This document shows, piece by piece, positions 13,972-28,415 of a DNA stretch of 64,000 nucleotides; the first letter of the stretch is position 1, and every line of letters begins with the position of its first letter. The translations under genes were made by a program, and so were the position numbers. The stretch lies in the NCBI RefSeq assembly GCF_006345805.1, contig NC_043018.1:17856001-17920000 (forward strand), read 5' to 3'. This DNA comes from Octopus sinensis. Lineage: Eukaryota. Under the pieces are notes generated by a model. It was not told where the DNA came from, made no database searches, and saw only the letters and a program-made list of their open reading frames with translations.

Positions 13972-14544
13972 TCCTTGTCCTGTAGTGGACTGAACATGGG
14001 CAATCTAATTCAGTCCTATTCTAATACACGAATGAGTTGTCGTGATGAGAACCTCGTACGGCCAGACATATTCTTTCCAATAAATCCGATGCTAACACAG
14101 ATATTGCAAATGGGGGCCGCCATTACTGTCTCCATTGCAAGAGAGAAGTGGTTCCTGATGTCGACATATATATGGTAACCAGGTTAACTGATATCGATAT
14201 TGTTCTTTGATTTGCTTGTTTGTTCTATTTTTTGGCTTTCTTATGTTTTGGATCGAAGATCTCTCGTGTAAATAAACCATGAGGAAGAAGGCACATTTAT
14301 AATCATTTCCGCTAAGATGGTATGTCTAAGCGAGCGTGCACAATCACACATGCATGCACAGAAATGGAAAAATAATACGTTGGGTATATATATTAATATA
14401 TATATATATATATATATTTAGATGTATTGATATGTATGTATGTATGTATTTATATAGGTATATATTATATATTATATATATATATAATATATATAATATA
14501 TATTATATATATTATACAAACAAATATATATAGATATACATATA

Positions 14545-14957
14545 CAGGAGTGCCTGTGTGGTAGTAGCTTGTTTACCAATCACATGGTTCCGGGTTCAGT
14601 CCCACTGCGTGGCACCTTGGGCAAGTGTCTTCTACTATAGCCTCGGGCCGACCAAAGCCTTGTGAGTGGATTTGGTAGACGGAAACTGAAAGAAGCCCGT
14701 CGTATATATGTATATATATATATATATATATGCGCGTGTGTGTATTTGTTTGTGTCCCCCTAGCATTGCTTGACAACCGATGCTGGTGTGTTTATGTCCC
14801 CGTTACATAGCGGTTCGGCAAAAGAGACCGATAGAATAAGTACTGGGCTTACAAAAGAATAAGTCCCGGGGTCGAGTTGCTCGATTAAAGGCGGTGCTCC
14901 AGCATGGCCGCAGTCAAATGACTGAAACAAGTAAAAGAGTAAAAGAGTAAAAGAGTA
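14545..14957 (+). mobile_element. tRNA-derived SINE, family B, full length with internal (TA)n(TG)n
   Basis: A box TGCCTGTGTGG, B box GGTTCAGTCCC, CORE-like CCTTGGGCAAGT, tail (GTAAAAGA)n. Confidence 0.92.
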
Positions 14958-15244
14958 TATACATATATATACATACGCTCATATATACATACATGCATGT
15001 ATACATATGTGTGTTTGCGCGCGTGTGCGAGTGACTCATATTCAAGTTTTAAAACTGTGATAAATAGGTTTTTAAGCGGATGCGTGCGCGTATGTACAAG
15101 TTACTCTCTTTTTCTTTAAAAAAGAATTAGAAAACATTTATCGACAGATAAAATGTGTCAGAGAGGCTAAAAGTTCAAAACAGTCACCTTATCTTCAAGA
15201 AGATTAAAGGCCATATGTGTATCGGTATGTGATCATGAACGCCA

Positions 15245-15296
<52 letters not shown>

Positions 15297-16323
15297 GTAT
15301 ATATATATATATGTGCATGTATGTATGTATGTATGTATGTATTGTGAGAGAGAGACAGAGTCCATATATGTCTATATGTAAAATGATAAGCGTATATTTG
15401 TGTTTTCTCAGAAAACTTGGATTGAGAACTTTCCGTTTTATTTATTGATATTTTCTTATTTTTGTTTTGTTATATTTACTCTTTATTTTGTGCTTCTTGT
15501 TTTCCCTCCTTCTTAAATCTTATATTTTACGTTCGTTTATTGTCAGTATTTATTCTTGAGCGTGTATCTTCTAACTTTATGTATTTGTTTGTTACTATAT
15601 TTTTTTATCTGTTTGCTTCTATATTTTTCACTTGATAAGACACGAATCGTCATTGATAAGGTAAGCCTACAATCAATAGATACATGATCGACACATCTTT
15701 GAAAATATTTTCCCATAATCCCCGATTTTATCATGGCCGTTCATAGGTGCAAATCTACAATTTTACATTTTGTTTTTCGCGAGTGATTATGTAGCTTATT
15801 CATGTTCTAATTGTTATTTTACTAATACGAAGAACGATTGTAAAATATTCTCAATTGACTGATATATACACTTTTCATTCAGAAACTACAAGCCTAGCTT
15901 AACCCAGATGAAGTGATGTTGTGAAGTTGATCTAATCTAGCATGTTACCCGTCCTTATTCAATTGTAGCTCGAGACAAAATTATATTTACTCGTGAAACA
16001 TATGAAATCAGGAATGAGAACAGAAATAAACATTTTGTATAAAGTGACATCTCTCTACATATATATTTACCTCTCTCTCACTCTGTATATAGGGAGACAG
16101 ACAGAGACAGATATACATATATTTATGAAAACAGGCACACACACACACACAAATGCACAAACACACTAAAATACTCTCCTTCTCTACCCCACCTTCATGT
16201 GCCATGCCTCCACATCACAGCAAAATAGACCTCCATATCCAAGTCAGAGACCACATTATTTATCTTCGGGAACATACTACAATGTCTTCCCTTTGTCTTC
16301 TGCTTTTGCGGTATAATAATTAA

Positions 16324-16554
16324 GGCGGCGAGCTGGCAGAAACGTTTACACGCCGGGCGAAATGCGCAGCCATATTTCGTCTGCCGTTACGTTCTGAGTT
16401 CAAATTCCGCCGAGGTTCACTATGCCTTTCATCCTTTCGGGGTCGATAAATTAAGTACCAGTTACGCATTGGAGTCGTTGTAATCGACTTAATCCGTTTG
16501 TCGGTCCTTGTTTGACCCCTTTATGTTTAGCTCCTTGTTGGCAGTAAAGAAATA
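16324..16554 (+). mobile_element. SINE family A, full length
   Basis: GGCGGCGAGCTGGCAGAAACG...GAGTTCAAATTCC...GTAAAGAAATA. Confidence 0.9.
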
Positions 16555-17148
16555 GATATAATCTGATCGTCTCCTGTCCTTCCAAGCCTGCTTTTGAGAA
16601 AAAGACCTGTGTAAACCTTATACAGGGTTGATATTTAGGCGCACCAACACACAGGTGGGACTATGTGACACTTGTCTGTGGGCTACTCTAAATTTAAACT
16701 CCTTGCTTCAAGGCAATTTGCTGCCATCTGACCCATAACTTGAGCCCATGACAAGTTCTATCACCCAGGGCAAGAGAGGGCTCGTGAGTATTAGTATTTA
16801 ACGGTGAATTCCATATTGCTCCAAAATAACTAAATTTCTGTGCTGGAATCTCATCAATGTTTACCATTATTAATTCTGATTCTATATTCTTCTTAAATCT
16901 AAACTATTTAGACTAGTGACTTTGGAATTGACACCGGTTAGCAAACAAAATGAGAAGAGTACTACATTTAAAGAGACTGAGAAGGAAGGAAAACAAAAGA
17001 CGGCATCTTCGTGGACAACTGATAGTTAAATGGCCGCTAGTATGCATAATTAAGGAAACCTAAATAAGGAACATTACGCAGTAATTCTTGATAGAAACGT
17101 CAAGTGAAATAATCCTATATTTACATTAATTATATCTGTCTTGAATCA

Positions 17149-17365
17149 GGCGGCGGGCTGGCAGAAACGTTAGCACGCCGGGCGGAATGCTTAGCGGTAT
17201 TTCGTCTGTCGTTACGTTCTGAGTTCAAATTCCGCCGAGGTCGACTTTGCCTTTTATTATTTCGGGGTCGATAAATAAAGTACCAGTTTCGCACTGGGGT
17301 CGATGTAATCGATTTAATCCGTTTGTCCCCTCTATGTTTAGCCTCTAGTGGACAGTAAAGAAATA
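17149..17365 (+). mobile_element. SINE family A, full length with 16-bp TSD
   Basis: TSD TATATCTGTCTTGAAT at 17131-17146 and 17366-17381. Confidence 0.92.
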
Positions 17366-17696
17366 TATATCTGTCTTGAATTCTGTTATTTCAGCTATTT
17401 CAATAAGTGAGGTCTGGATCCAAAGGCATTGACTCAATATGTGTCTTAACAGTAACCTGGTTTCGATTCTAAGTTGTTTCAAGTGCACACCATTTGCACG
17501 AACATTCGGAACAAACAGCGGAACAATACAATTTGCGCTGATACAATACCTTCAAACATAATAATTATCATACACACGAACGCACAAACACATGGATGTG
17601 TGTGTCAGTATGTGTGTGTGTGCGTGTGTGTAATTTGATTAAATTGTCCTGCACAGTAAATTGATTCAACCCTTCTTATAAAATAGACTCCACCAC

Positions 17697-18124
17697 CCTC
17701 TTTTACTCTTTTGTACCCTTTTTATTCTTGTTTCAGTCATTTGACTGCGGCCATGCTGGAGCACCGCCTTTAGTCGAGCAAATCGACCCCGGGACTTATT
17801 CTTTGTAACCCCAGTACTTATTATATCGGTCTCTTTTGCCGAACCGCTAAGTGACGGGGACGTAAACACACCAGCATCGGTTGTCAAGCAATGCTAGGGG
17901 GACAAACACAAACACACACACATACATATATATATACAGTATATATATATATACATATATACGATAGGCTTCTTTCAGTTTCCGTCTACCAAATCCACTC
18001 ACAAGGCATTGGTCGGCCCGGGGCTATAGCAGAAGACACTTGCCCAAGATGCCACGCAGTGGGACTGAACCCGGAACCATGTGGTTGTTTAGCAAGCTAC
18101 CTACCACACAGCCACTCCTGCGCC
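17697..18124 (-). mobile_element. SINE family B, full length
   Basis: Reverse complement of the 14545 copy over its whole length. Confidence 0.92.
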
Positions 18125-18246
18125 GTTTATGTCTACGAACATTTGTAATTAGTATTTTAAGTTCGTGTTTACAGTTTAGCACACTACAAAAATAAAATGA
18201 AATAAAATAATAATATATTAAGATATGGATGGCAATGTTCACTTAC

Positions 18247-18317
18247 CTTAATGTGTCATGTATATTAATAAACATTGATTTTACTGATGAATAAATTTTA
18301 TTTGGCGACGAGCATTT
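18247..18317 (-). other. candidate small spliced exon (71 nt)
   Basis: Minus strand TATTTTTACAATTTCAG|AAATGC...CATTAAG|GTAAGT, near-consensus splice sites. One open frame, KCSSPNKIYSSVKSMFINIHDTL. Confidence 0.3.
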
Positions 18318-19321
18318 CTGAAATTGTAAAAATAGATATATGTTACATTATGTTCGGAAATGAAACAAGGAAGGAAAGAAGGGCTGATTCATTCGCATTA
18401 ATATTTATACAAGTGGATGTAAATATGCGTAAATAAATTATATTTTCAAATATTCTATTAACAAATGGGAAAGTTTAGAAGGTCTTATACTGATATGATT
18501 AACACTAGCACTGCTTGTTTCAAAATGTACTTGACTAACCATTAAATTATATTAGGATATACTTAGCTAACACTTTAATGAATGGTTGAACGGGATTAAT
18601 GAATGGCTGGACGGGGATAATGAATGGTTGAGTGAGCGTCTGGATTGAGTTCAGTGGTGGAAATAATGCAATGGTGTAATGAGCGACTGAATTGATAATG
18701 AGACGAATCTATGTTTAAATTTATCTTTGAAAATCTTCCAACCATAGTTTACAGAAATGTGAAAGTGGAACATTTCTAACACACTTACATATAGATATGC
18801 ATTTATATATACATATATGAGGGTGCAGGCATATATACAGATATGTGCATACATCTATATAAATAGATGTGTAATTGTGTCTGTCTGTCTGTGGTTTGGG
18901 GTTACCCTAACTCCTTCCACACTGTCCAACCAATGCCGAGAAGTTCAAATAAACCCGGAATTTTCTGAAAACTCGATAATGCTGAGTTGGCATCGATTTT
19001 TGTGAACTCAATCGGGCGTTTGAATAGAAATACCCATAAAGATGTTATTTTTCCTGCACCTTTTTCATTTTTCACGCAAAATTACGAGATCGATAGAATA
19101 CTCTCTAAAAAATGCTAATTCAATAGAAGGTCAGATGTGGGCTTCAACACGGAAAATACGAGCGACGCTGGGTCTAACAGCTAGTATGTACATATGTATG
19201 TGAAATCATATATATGCGTATAGTTGTGTATGTATGTGTGTGTGTGTGCTTTATAATTGACGTTACGGTTTATTGTTGATTGGCATATAGCTATCAGTTT
19301 ATCTATTTATTTATTGATAGA

Positions 19322-19652
19322 TATTGGGTCATCCCATAAATAATGCGCTTGTTTCAGTCGCATGAACTAGAAGTCGGAGGGGTATGGGATAAACTATCTG
19401 CATCAACTTGCTATAAAAGAAAGTAGTAATTTTACCTCGTCAGTATTCTTAGTGCTATTTTTCAAAGCTATAATGGAAGTGACAAAGAAGCATATTCGGC
19501 ATATTTTGCTTTATGAGTTCAATAAAAGCAACGACGCAACGGAAAGTGTGAGGATTCTTAATGAAACTATTTTATCGATGGACTTAATCGTATTCCACCC
19601 AGTGAAGCCCCAGCAAATGGATGTTGCTGAAAAATATTTAACTAAAGAGTAG
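19322..19652 (+). mobile_element. internally deleted mariner (Tc1/mariner) remnant
   Basis: TA followed by TIR-like TTGGGTCATCCCATAAATAATGCG. ATG at 19473 begins MEVTKKHIRHILLYEFNKSNDATESVR, typical of the mariner N-terminal HTH (HIRHILLYEF). No catalytic domain follows. Confidence 0.8.
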
Positions 19653-19803
19653 TTATAAAGAACAGCCTTTTATAATGATATATGAATATAAACTCAGCAA
19701 GTTAGAGCTGGGTGTATGTGTGTGTGTGCGTGTATGTATATAGATAGATATGTAGATAGATACATAAATAAATAGAAAGATATATATATATATAAACATA
19801 CAC

Positions 19804-19857
<54 letters not shown>

Positions 19858-19956
19858 ACATACATACACATGGAAACGTTAAGTGTCGCCGGAGAGGTCA
19901 CAGGTGTGTGACGAAAGGTTTCCGGCCAGTGGATATAAAATACATGCACGCACGCA

Positions 19957-20139
<183 letters not shown>

Positions 20140-21316
20140 TGTATGTGTGCAAGTTTCACAATAACAGAACAACATACACACATATAAACACACGGAACAC
20201 ATATACAAACAGTTATGCTCTGACATACATTGTAGCCAAACAGACGTGCTTTAAGATACATACGCACCTCCAACAACCTCATTCAATCAAGCAATGCATT
20301 GTCTGTTGAAATCGTTCTCTGTAGTATTGTCTGTAGCAGTAGGTACGTAGTTTATTGCTGCACGCTGGTGTCGAAACGATGACATGCTTCAGAGCTTTGA
20401 AAACGCATTAATAACTCGTTACTTGCTTCGCTCTTGAGAAGATATCTTAATACAGATAATTACAGATTATCAGGTATGACGTACAGACACATCTCGTTTT
20501 CCAATCTATTTCAATTAAATTTTAATAAGATGTTCAGCAGACTTCCATCTTTTTATTTATTTTATTTATATTTATATAATGTTTTGTACAATGGAGAAAT
20601 TTATCAAGACACTTTTATATTTTATAGAATTATATTCTTTGTTTGGTAAATTTATATTCTGTGTTTGGTAAAATTCCTACAGTATATGGTACATAGCTTC
20701 AAAGCGTCAAAGGATTATAACATAGTTTTAGTGCGGCTTCATGATCACTCACTAATTCATACAGATATCTTATCACTACAATCCTATATTTTACGTAACG
20801 TGAGATAAAACTCTATTTTCTTGATATATTACAAGAAAAGAAATGACGTGAGAATGCCGTTCTTCCCTTAGTTCTTACCTTAAAAACAATCACAGGAATA
20901 TGAGAGATAATTGCTTTATGATTCGTACATTTGACAAATAGCTTAATTAACGTTTCTTTTTAACTCTATATTGAAAAGCTCAAGTGGTTGATTGGCAGCA
21001 ATCTGCTACTGGTATTACGTTATATTTGAAGATAAAATACTTAATCCATGAGAAACGAAACTACTTAGATTTATATTGAGGTCAAAGCAATTAACGTTTA
21101 CGTCTCGGTTCAGCAGCGTAACGCTGCGATCACTGTTCGTCCAGAACTTTTCTGCCATTTTAAATCATGACAATGAATTGCTAAACCTAAATTGTTCCAA
21201 TTATTTTTTATTATTATTTCAGTGAGTACAATGTGACCTGAGATGCCTTCGGCTCATATATTTAACAGTTCAGGTGACGAAGTAGATCACAGCTTGTAGA
21301 TTAAAGAGAAAGAGAG

Positions 21317-21354
<38 letters not shown>

Positions 21355-21551
21355 AGAAGTGTTTCCATCGTCAAATACAAATACATCTTTTGAACTATAG
21401 AAAATAAATTACACTTACGTACATTTAAAGTAATATATGAAATATGAGTATATATACACAACGCATACACACATATACATATATACATACATACGTGTAT
21501 GTGTATATGTATATATACATATATATATATGCATATATACATATATGTATA

Positions 21552-21582
<31 letters not shown>

Positions 21583-21593
21583 ATATACATACG

Positions 21594-21672
<79 letters not shown>

Positions 21673-22174
21673 ATGCGTCGATACATTAAAACCTACTGAA
21701 AAATTTAGTGAGAAAATATTCTATTCTAAAATTTTGGCAATATATAATACGTGTTCATAACATTTTTTTTCCATATATATTTCCCCGATATATAACTATT
21801 TCTACCTCTAGTGTCAGCAGCGCTGAATGGATTCCTTCCAAACAGAATAAAAGTTTTATGGCAAAAACAAACGCGTTCTTTTTCGATCTTCCAATAAACT
21901 ACTAAAATCTTTCATAAATCATGAACCTTCTGTAGTCACTTGACCATTACGAAATGAATATATAGCAGACACTCCACCACTTTTTTTTATATTAAGCAGA
22001 ATATGTGTAGTATTCATGCACTCAGATATAATATGTCTTTTGTATACGACCATACATCAAAATTGCAAATCGATATCTGGAACGGAAGACAACGGAATGC
22101 ATTTAAGACGAATACAAAGTTAATTTTCCCAAAGTTTGACAAAAACTTCCAAGTTTTACTGTGTTGGGGCTTCA

Positions 22175-22212
<38 letters not shown>

Positions 22213-22214
22213 TC

Positions 22215-22257
<43 letters not shown>

Positions 22258-22464
22258 GTATGTGTGTGTGTACATCTATATATATACATATATATATTTA
22301 TTTATAGGTAGGTAGATAGATAGATATAGAGACACACACATACACACACGCACACGCATATTTATATAGATATATAGATATATATTTATGTATGTATGGA
22401 ATATGATATATGCGTGTATGTATTATATATATTATATATATTATATATATATATATATTTAAAT

Positions 22465-23042
22465 TAAGGGTAGAAATTGATATTAGTCAATTAAAACCAG
22501 TGGTCTAGCACATTAAAAAGAATCCGAAGATTAAAATATTTTATATACCAATTAAGGACTGAACACGAAAAGGTGGACAGTCAACATGCTAGATATAGAC
22601 GTCAAATCGCCATTCTCCACAAGGATTATGTTCTCAAATAAAAATAAAATTCAGCACGACCTAAAGCAATGGATGAGACAAAAGAAAAATACTAAGTGGA
22701 ATAATTACCTACGTACTGCAGTTTCAGCTATTAATATCACAAGGATATCTGTAGCTTCATCAGCGTAGTTTGTTATGAGCATAATATGCTGTACTAGATG
22801 AAAAACGGTACCGGAGTCCCGCATGCAAAAAGTACAACCTATTACGTTCGGATGTATCTTTCGAATGACTCTACTTTTGGCGTGCTGATAATCGAAAAAC
22901 TATCCTGCAGCCAATAATTAGCAGCAGTCAATTTATCGGTTTGAGAACATATATTTCATATTTAAAAATAAGGGTAGAAATTGATATTAGTCAATTAAAA
23001 CCAGTGGTCTAGCACATAAAAAGAATCCGAAGATTAAAATAT

Positions 23043-23045
<3 letters not shown>
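22465..23045 (-). mobile_element. non-autonomous hammerhead-bearing retroelement (PLE-derived or retrozyme-like), 504-nt unit plus about 75-nt terminal redundancy
   Basis: TAAGGGTAGAAATTGATATTAGTC... repeated at 22465 and 22969; intact hammerhead inside; flanked by (TA)n on both sides; homologue at 6526-6975. Confidence 0.75.
22709..22768 (-). ncRNA. type I hammerhead ribozyme, intact
   Basis: Minus strand: CTACG CTGATGA AGCTA[...]TAGCT GAAAC TGCA GTA CGTAG. Perfect 5-bp stems I and II; palindromic stem III ACTGCAGT; predicted GUA cleavage between 22714 and 22713. Confidence 0.88.
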
Positions 23046-23073
<28 letters not shown>

Positions 23074-24990
23074 TATATATATATAATATACATGTTTGTA
23101 GTGTGATTGTAGGTAGAAAAGGTTTCTGTAAATGTTGCTATAACACACCTATCGCTAAGGTACACGTTACAGTGTATCATAATTGTCTGACCGCTAAACA
23201 TTTTGAATAACATTTTGAAGCGTCACTGGTTTTATTCGTCTAACTAGAGCTTTATTCTCATTCAATTCAGCAGCTGCAAGGTGGAAGACACCTTGTGGCA
23301 GGTCCCGCACCAGTTGGCTGGGGGAAAATACCGAGCAGAATGTTCATAGATTGTAAATTTTTCATCATAAGTGTATCTGATGAGAGCTGAACTTGTCGAC
23401 TACGGCAAGACTACCTAATAAGTTGAAGAATGTTTTCTAAATGTACAAGACAATACATATAAAGGAATATTTCACCAAAACGTTACTGAAATGAACGATG
23501 CAAACCGTTTTCAGCAGAAATCAACACCGAATTACCGATATTAATTCCCATAATGTTACCTGCTACTGGATAATAACTACCTCAACGTAATTATAAATTC
23601 TTAAAAAAAAATTAGATGGTTTCCAATAGGAAACCTTGAATCTCCAACCAGCAATAACATCAAACCCCCTAATCACTGTCACTTCACGCTTTAAACACCT
23701 CCCTATTGCCTGCTACTTATCGATTTTTTTAAAATACTCCTTTAGCAAGAAAATATATTCGTCAAAGGAAAACCGACATTTAGATCAGCTAGCTTTCAAA
23801 AAATAGCTTTCTTATTTCCCCCAGGCAGTATCTTATGTCGCCTTTCTAGAATCCGTCTCGGAAAATGTTGAGTGGGGAATAAGAGATCATTCGTGAAAAG
23901 ATACAGAGATGTGATGGGAAATGTTCGAAAGAGAATCATTGAAGCCTCATCAACAATTAAAATGGGGTGACCTGTCAAGAATGAAATTTCTTGCGCATAT
24001 GAGCAATGGTGGGCTTCATAGAAACATCGAAACATTTGTTTTATATCGAGGACAATGTCTGAATTGGCAGATCAGTGGGGTGTGACATATATATTACTTT
24101 CTGTATTTCACATCAACTTCACATATATAAAAAGAAGCTAACTTCAGCAAATATCAAAATAGTGCAAGGAATTATTTTCATCACTCAATCGAATATGGTT
24201 TGGTGATTCTTCCATGCTTCCTTTCTGTCTTTGCTTTATCTGTAAAATTCGTCTTGAAGAAATGTTAAATGTCTTTCACTTAAAATAAACACATTTTCAC
24301 AATACTGTCGGAATTTATTTAGTAAATATAAATGCCAAAGTCTTCTCTGGGTAAGAGCCAATAAAAAAATGGTTGAGGAAGTAAATCAATCGATTTTAAA
24401 TTCTTGTAAGAGTTTGCTAGTTGCAGGAATATATACAAGTATTCTCTCACATAAAAATATTTCACATTTGATATTGACACTAAAGGGGAGATCAATTAAC
24501 CTTCAAGAAATATAATTACTTTTACTCTAAAAAGGGCTGCTATAAACGAGAATAAACGAGATTTATAAGGCTGTTATATATATGAGATTGAGACGACAAT
24601 AAACGACGGAATTAGATTCTATTTTTAATCCGGTTGGCATCTCTTAAATATATCATACTAATGTATTAGAAGTAAGAGATCTCCAAAGATCCTTCACTTT
24701 TCAAAGGAAGAACTGCACTAGTAAATTAAGGATGTTATACGATCAAAAATTTCACCAGAAACTAGATAACAACTTCTTCCTCAATCGATCGGTTAGTAAT
24801 GCAACTTCGTTTCAAAAACAAATCATCTTTTACTCAAATCACTTCAGTCTGAATAGCATGAGCTTAACCTGAAGATGACAAAATAATTACCAGTAATTTA
24901 CTTGCGTTCATTCGGTGGCCTGTGGATTTTTCTCATAATTTGCACAAATTGTACTTTAGAATATACTATTACTGTTACTTCTGTTGCTGC

Positions 24991-25013
24991 TAGTAGTAGT
25001 AGTAGTCGTAGTC

Positions 25014-25085
<72 letters not shown>

Positions 25086-25249
25086 GTAGCAGCAGCAGCA
25101 GCAGCTGTAGTAGTAGTAGTCGTAGTAGTAGTAGTAGTAGCAGCAGCGGCAGTAGTACTAGTAGTAGTAGTAGTAGTAGTAGTAGTAGCTGCGGCAACAG
25201 CAGCAGAAGCAGCAGTAGCAGTGGTAGCAGCAGCAGTACTAGTAGTAGC

Positions 25250-25309
<60 letters not shown>
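24991..25309. repeat. (TAG)n trinucleotide repeat with interspersed (CAG)n
   Basis: Direct inspection; the poly-S/L/T/V ORFs are artefacts. Confidence 0.95.
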
Positions 25310-25662
25310 TTTGCGATCGCTGCTTTTTTTTCTGCCGCTGCTACAACACTTTTCCTTTCTAAGTCTTCCGTTACCACGACAACCAATATTTAACATTAAC
25401 ACTAAATTTACAATAAAATAAAAGAAAAGCAAGCAACACGGTTTCGGACAATCAGCTGAAAACCGATGGGGTTTGTTGTTGTTATTCTTGTTGTTGTTGT
25501 TCTGGGGGTCTCTAGACTGGAACTAATGGTGTAGACGTTAATCAGAAGCATTACATCCGGAACAAGCCTGTCTGTTTTATCATCCACTCTATTTAGAATA
25601 TGTCCTTCCTCTTCATCGTCGGTTGGATGCGACGTGAAGGAGATTTAACTGTTATTTAAGCA

Positions 25663-26097
25663 GGCGTAGGAGTGGCTGTGTGGTAAGCAGCTTGCTTACG
25701 AACCACATGGTTCCGGGTTCAGTCCCACTGCGTGGCAACTTGGGCAAGTGTCTTCTATTATATAGCCAAGGGCCGACCAAAGCCTTGTGAGTGGATTTGG
25801 TAGACGGAAACTGAAAGAAGCCCGTCGTGTATATATATATATATATGTGTGTGTGTATGTGTGTGTGTGTGTGTGTGTGTGCGTGTGTGTGTGTGTTGTT
25901 TCTGTGTTTGTATTTGTCCCCCCAACACATCGCTTGACAACCGATGCTGGAGTGTTTATGTCCCCGTCACCTAGCGGTTCGGCAAAAGAGACCGATAGAA
26001 TAAGTACTGGGCCTACAAAGAATAAGTTCTGGGGGTCGATTTGCTCGACTGAAGTCGGTGCTTCAGCATGGCCGCAGTCAAATGACTGAAAAAAATA
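25663..26097 (+). mobile_element. SINE family B, full length
   Basis: Homologous to the 14545 copy. Confidence 0.9.
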
Positions 26098-26943
26098 GAA
26101 GAGGATACATTGATTGCTCTTATTGTTGTTGTTGTTGTCGTTGTCGTTATTGTTGTTGCTATTGTTGTTGTTGATACAAGGTCAGAGTTGGTTATGCATC
26201 GTTGTTGTTGTGAGGTCAGCCTCTATCGAACCATTCCAACCGCAACCATCGATATTATCGTCTAGTTGTGAACTAGGACTACAATGTCCAATATGTCCCT
26301 CTACTTTTATGACGAATTGGTGTGAACTAACAGAGACTGGTGTTACTTAAAGGTCACATGACAAGCTAGTCTTGTTTATCGACTTTCTGAGCAGTAATAC
26401 GTCACAGCAACTATGTTACTTCCGTGGCCATCACCATGGACACTCATATTTAACATTAAAATGTGTTGTAGAGAATTAGTAATAATGGTACACTCCTACA
26501 ACACGACGAATGGAATAACCTAGTCACTATAAGTAAAGAGAAGTACCTGAAGTGCCAGAGTACGTAGTAGGAGGTCAGAAATAGTCGTGTCTCTACTATT
26601 CTTACTAAGTATACTGTATACCGAAGTGAGCGTTATAATAATCCGGCATTTTTAGGGTACAACAGTAAGGCCATCCCCTCGAAAGAGCAGCATTAGTTGA
26701 TTCAATTCAATCCCCTCCTTAAGACAATATATTTTCCATACAAGCAGTCCCAAACCACAGGGATGCATAGAAAGAATATATTTTGTTAAAAAATGTTTTT
26801 TTCTTTCATTGTCTACGGCAATGTGCAAACGTAGTTTTGCATTTTATATGTATTACATTAATAATATGCTCGTATTAATTTTCATTCTTAATTTATTGAC
26901 TATTGCAGTCTGCCGGGTGTTTTTGCATTACATACATACTACA

Positions 26944-27337
26944 TCTTTATATATAAAAGTGAGGTTGTGTGCTGTCTGTCTCCTATGATTTAGATTCCTA
27001 ACTACTCCCACATTTTGCGGTGCAGTTTAACCAAAACCGGGTATATTATAGTCGTGATTCATATCGAGCCCTTCTGGGTATTAGCGCGCGTCTACAATGA
27101 GTCTACGATTTAAAAAAAATTACCATAAATTTTTCCCATTTTTAATGCATTTTTGGCATATATAAGGGAAGTAACTCTCTAAAAGTTTATTATTAAATCT
27201 CAGAACGTAAAAAGCTACAGTAACCCCCCCCCCTTGTGGTTAGCCATATTGAGATGGCTATTATACTAAACATCTCTAAAAATGCTTATATAGTTATTTC
27301 CCTTACAAACCCGAGCAACGCCGGGCGATACTGCTAG
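26944..27337 (+). mobile_element. non-autonomous Helitron
   Basis: A|TCTTTATATATAAAAG 5' end; 3' hairpin CCCG-AGCAACGC-CGGG then CTAG|T; inserted between A and T without a TSD. Confidence 0.85.
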
Positions 27338-27827
27338 TATGTAATAATTAAGTTATGTATTATGCATTGCATCGTGTTTTGTTATGCTCATAATTTCCCG
27401 GTCCGTGCAAAAATTGTGTTGGATGAAACCAATCCGTGGTACCAATAGAGGTCGGTGATTTTTAGTTTAAACCGCTTTTCCGTAATGGATTTAGAATCAA
27501 ATACAAATATTTGGTTTTTGCCAAATTTAATTCGTAGTACGTATCCCGTTTGAACAGGGTTGGTAAAAAGAATATATTTTCATTGACAAAACTACAATGT
27601 CGGAACAAAATATCAAAGCTTTGTTAGTAACATGAGTGGGGAATTAATAAACCAACTGTGCGTATGATATTTTAAAAGCATTCTGAAGATTCGCAACTAA
27701 ATTCAATTAAACTAGATTTCTGATATATATATATGAGTTCAGTTCACAATTATTCGTAGTTCTAGGAAGAGAGGAACTAAAACAGACAAAGGACAAAATA
27801 ATTGATTTTTTTTTTAAATGTAGTTAA

Positions 27828-28256
27828 TCTCTCTCTATATAAACGGCAGTTTGTCTGTCTGCGTGTCTGTGTGCCTGTCAGGTTGTACCCTCACCCTGAC
27901 CACGGCTTTCAACCGATTCTGATGAAACTTGACACACACATAGCCCAATGTCATAATTCAAAACTAACGCAGCGAAAAGTTTGAAAAGTTCCACCAGTTC
28001 TGAAAAAAATTCGATAAATTCGACATGGGGCCGAGAATCTAAGCTTTTTATATGCAACACATTTTCTGTCTAGGGGACACAACTCGACCTTTTTATCGCC
28101 CAAAGGGACAGCTAGGAACATCGTATTCGAGTGAAGAGAAGACATTGCAACCTACACATGCGCCTTCGTTCCCTAGAGGGAAAGGACTAGATTAGGATTA
28201 GTCGTTGCCTACTAGGGGCTCTTACATACCCGGGCAACGCCGGGCTATGCTGCTAG
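27828..28256 (+). mobile_element. non-autonomous Helitron
   Basis: A|TCTCTCTCTATATAAA...TTTGTCTGTCTG...CCGATTCTGATGAAACTTG 5' region; 3' hairpin CCCGG-GCAACG-CCGGG then CTAG|T. Confidence 0.85.
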
Positions 28257-28415
28257 TCGTATCTAAACCTCACGTAACAGTATTGTATTGTTTCAGTCAT
28301 TTGAAATGTTTTACTCCGACTGTTTGTCAGCATTAATGTAAAATAGGACTCGTCTATAAACTGTACTGTAGATCTAACTGCAGAATTTATGATGATGCAG
28401 GGCATATAATATGCT

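Noticed and set aside
24898-25432. Poly-Ser/Leu/Thr/Val ORFs that could mimic a mucin-like exon
   Set aside because: This is a (TAG)n/(CAG)n triplet repeat open in four frames, with no supported splice sites or unique coding flanks.
27918-27930. CTGATGA motif
   Set aside because: It is part of the usual Helitron 5' CCGATTCTGATGAAACTTG sequence, with no downstream stem II-GAAA.
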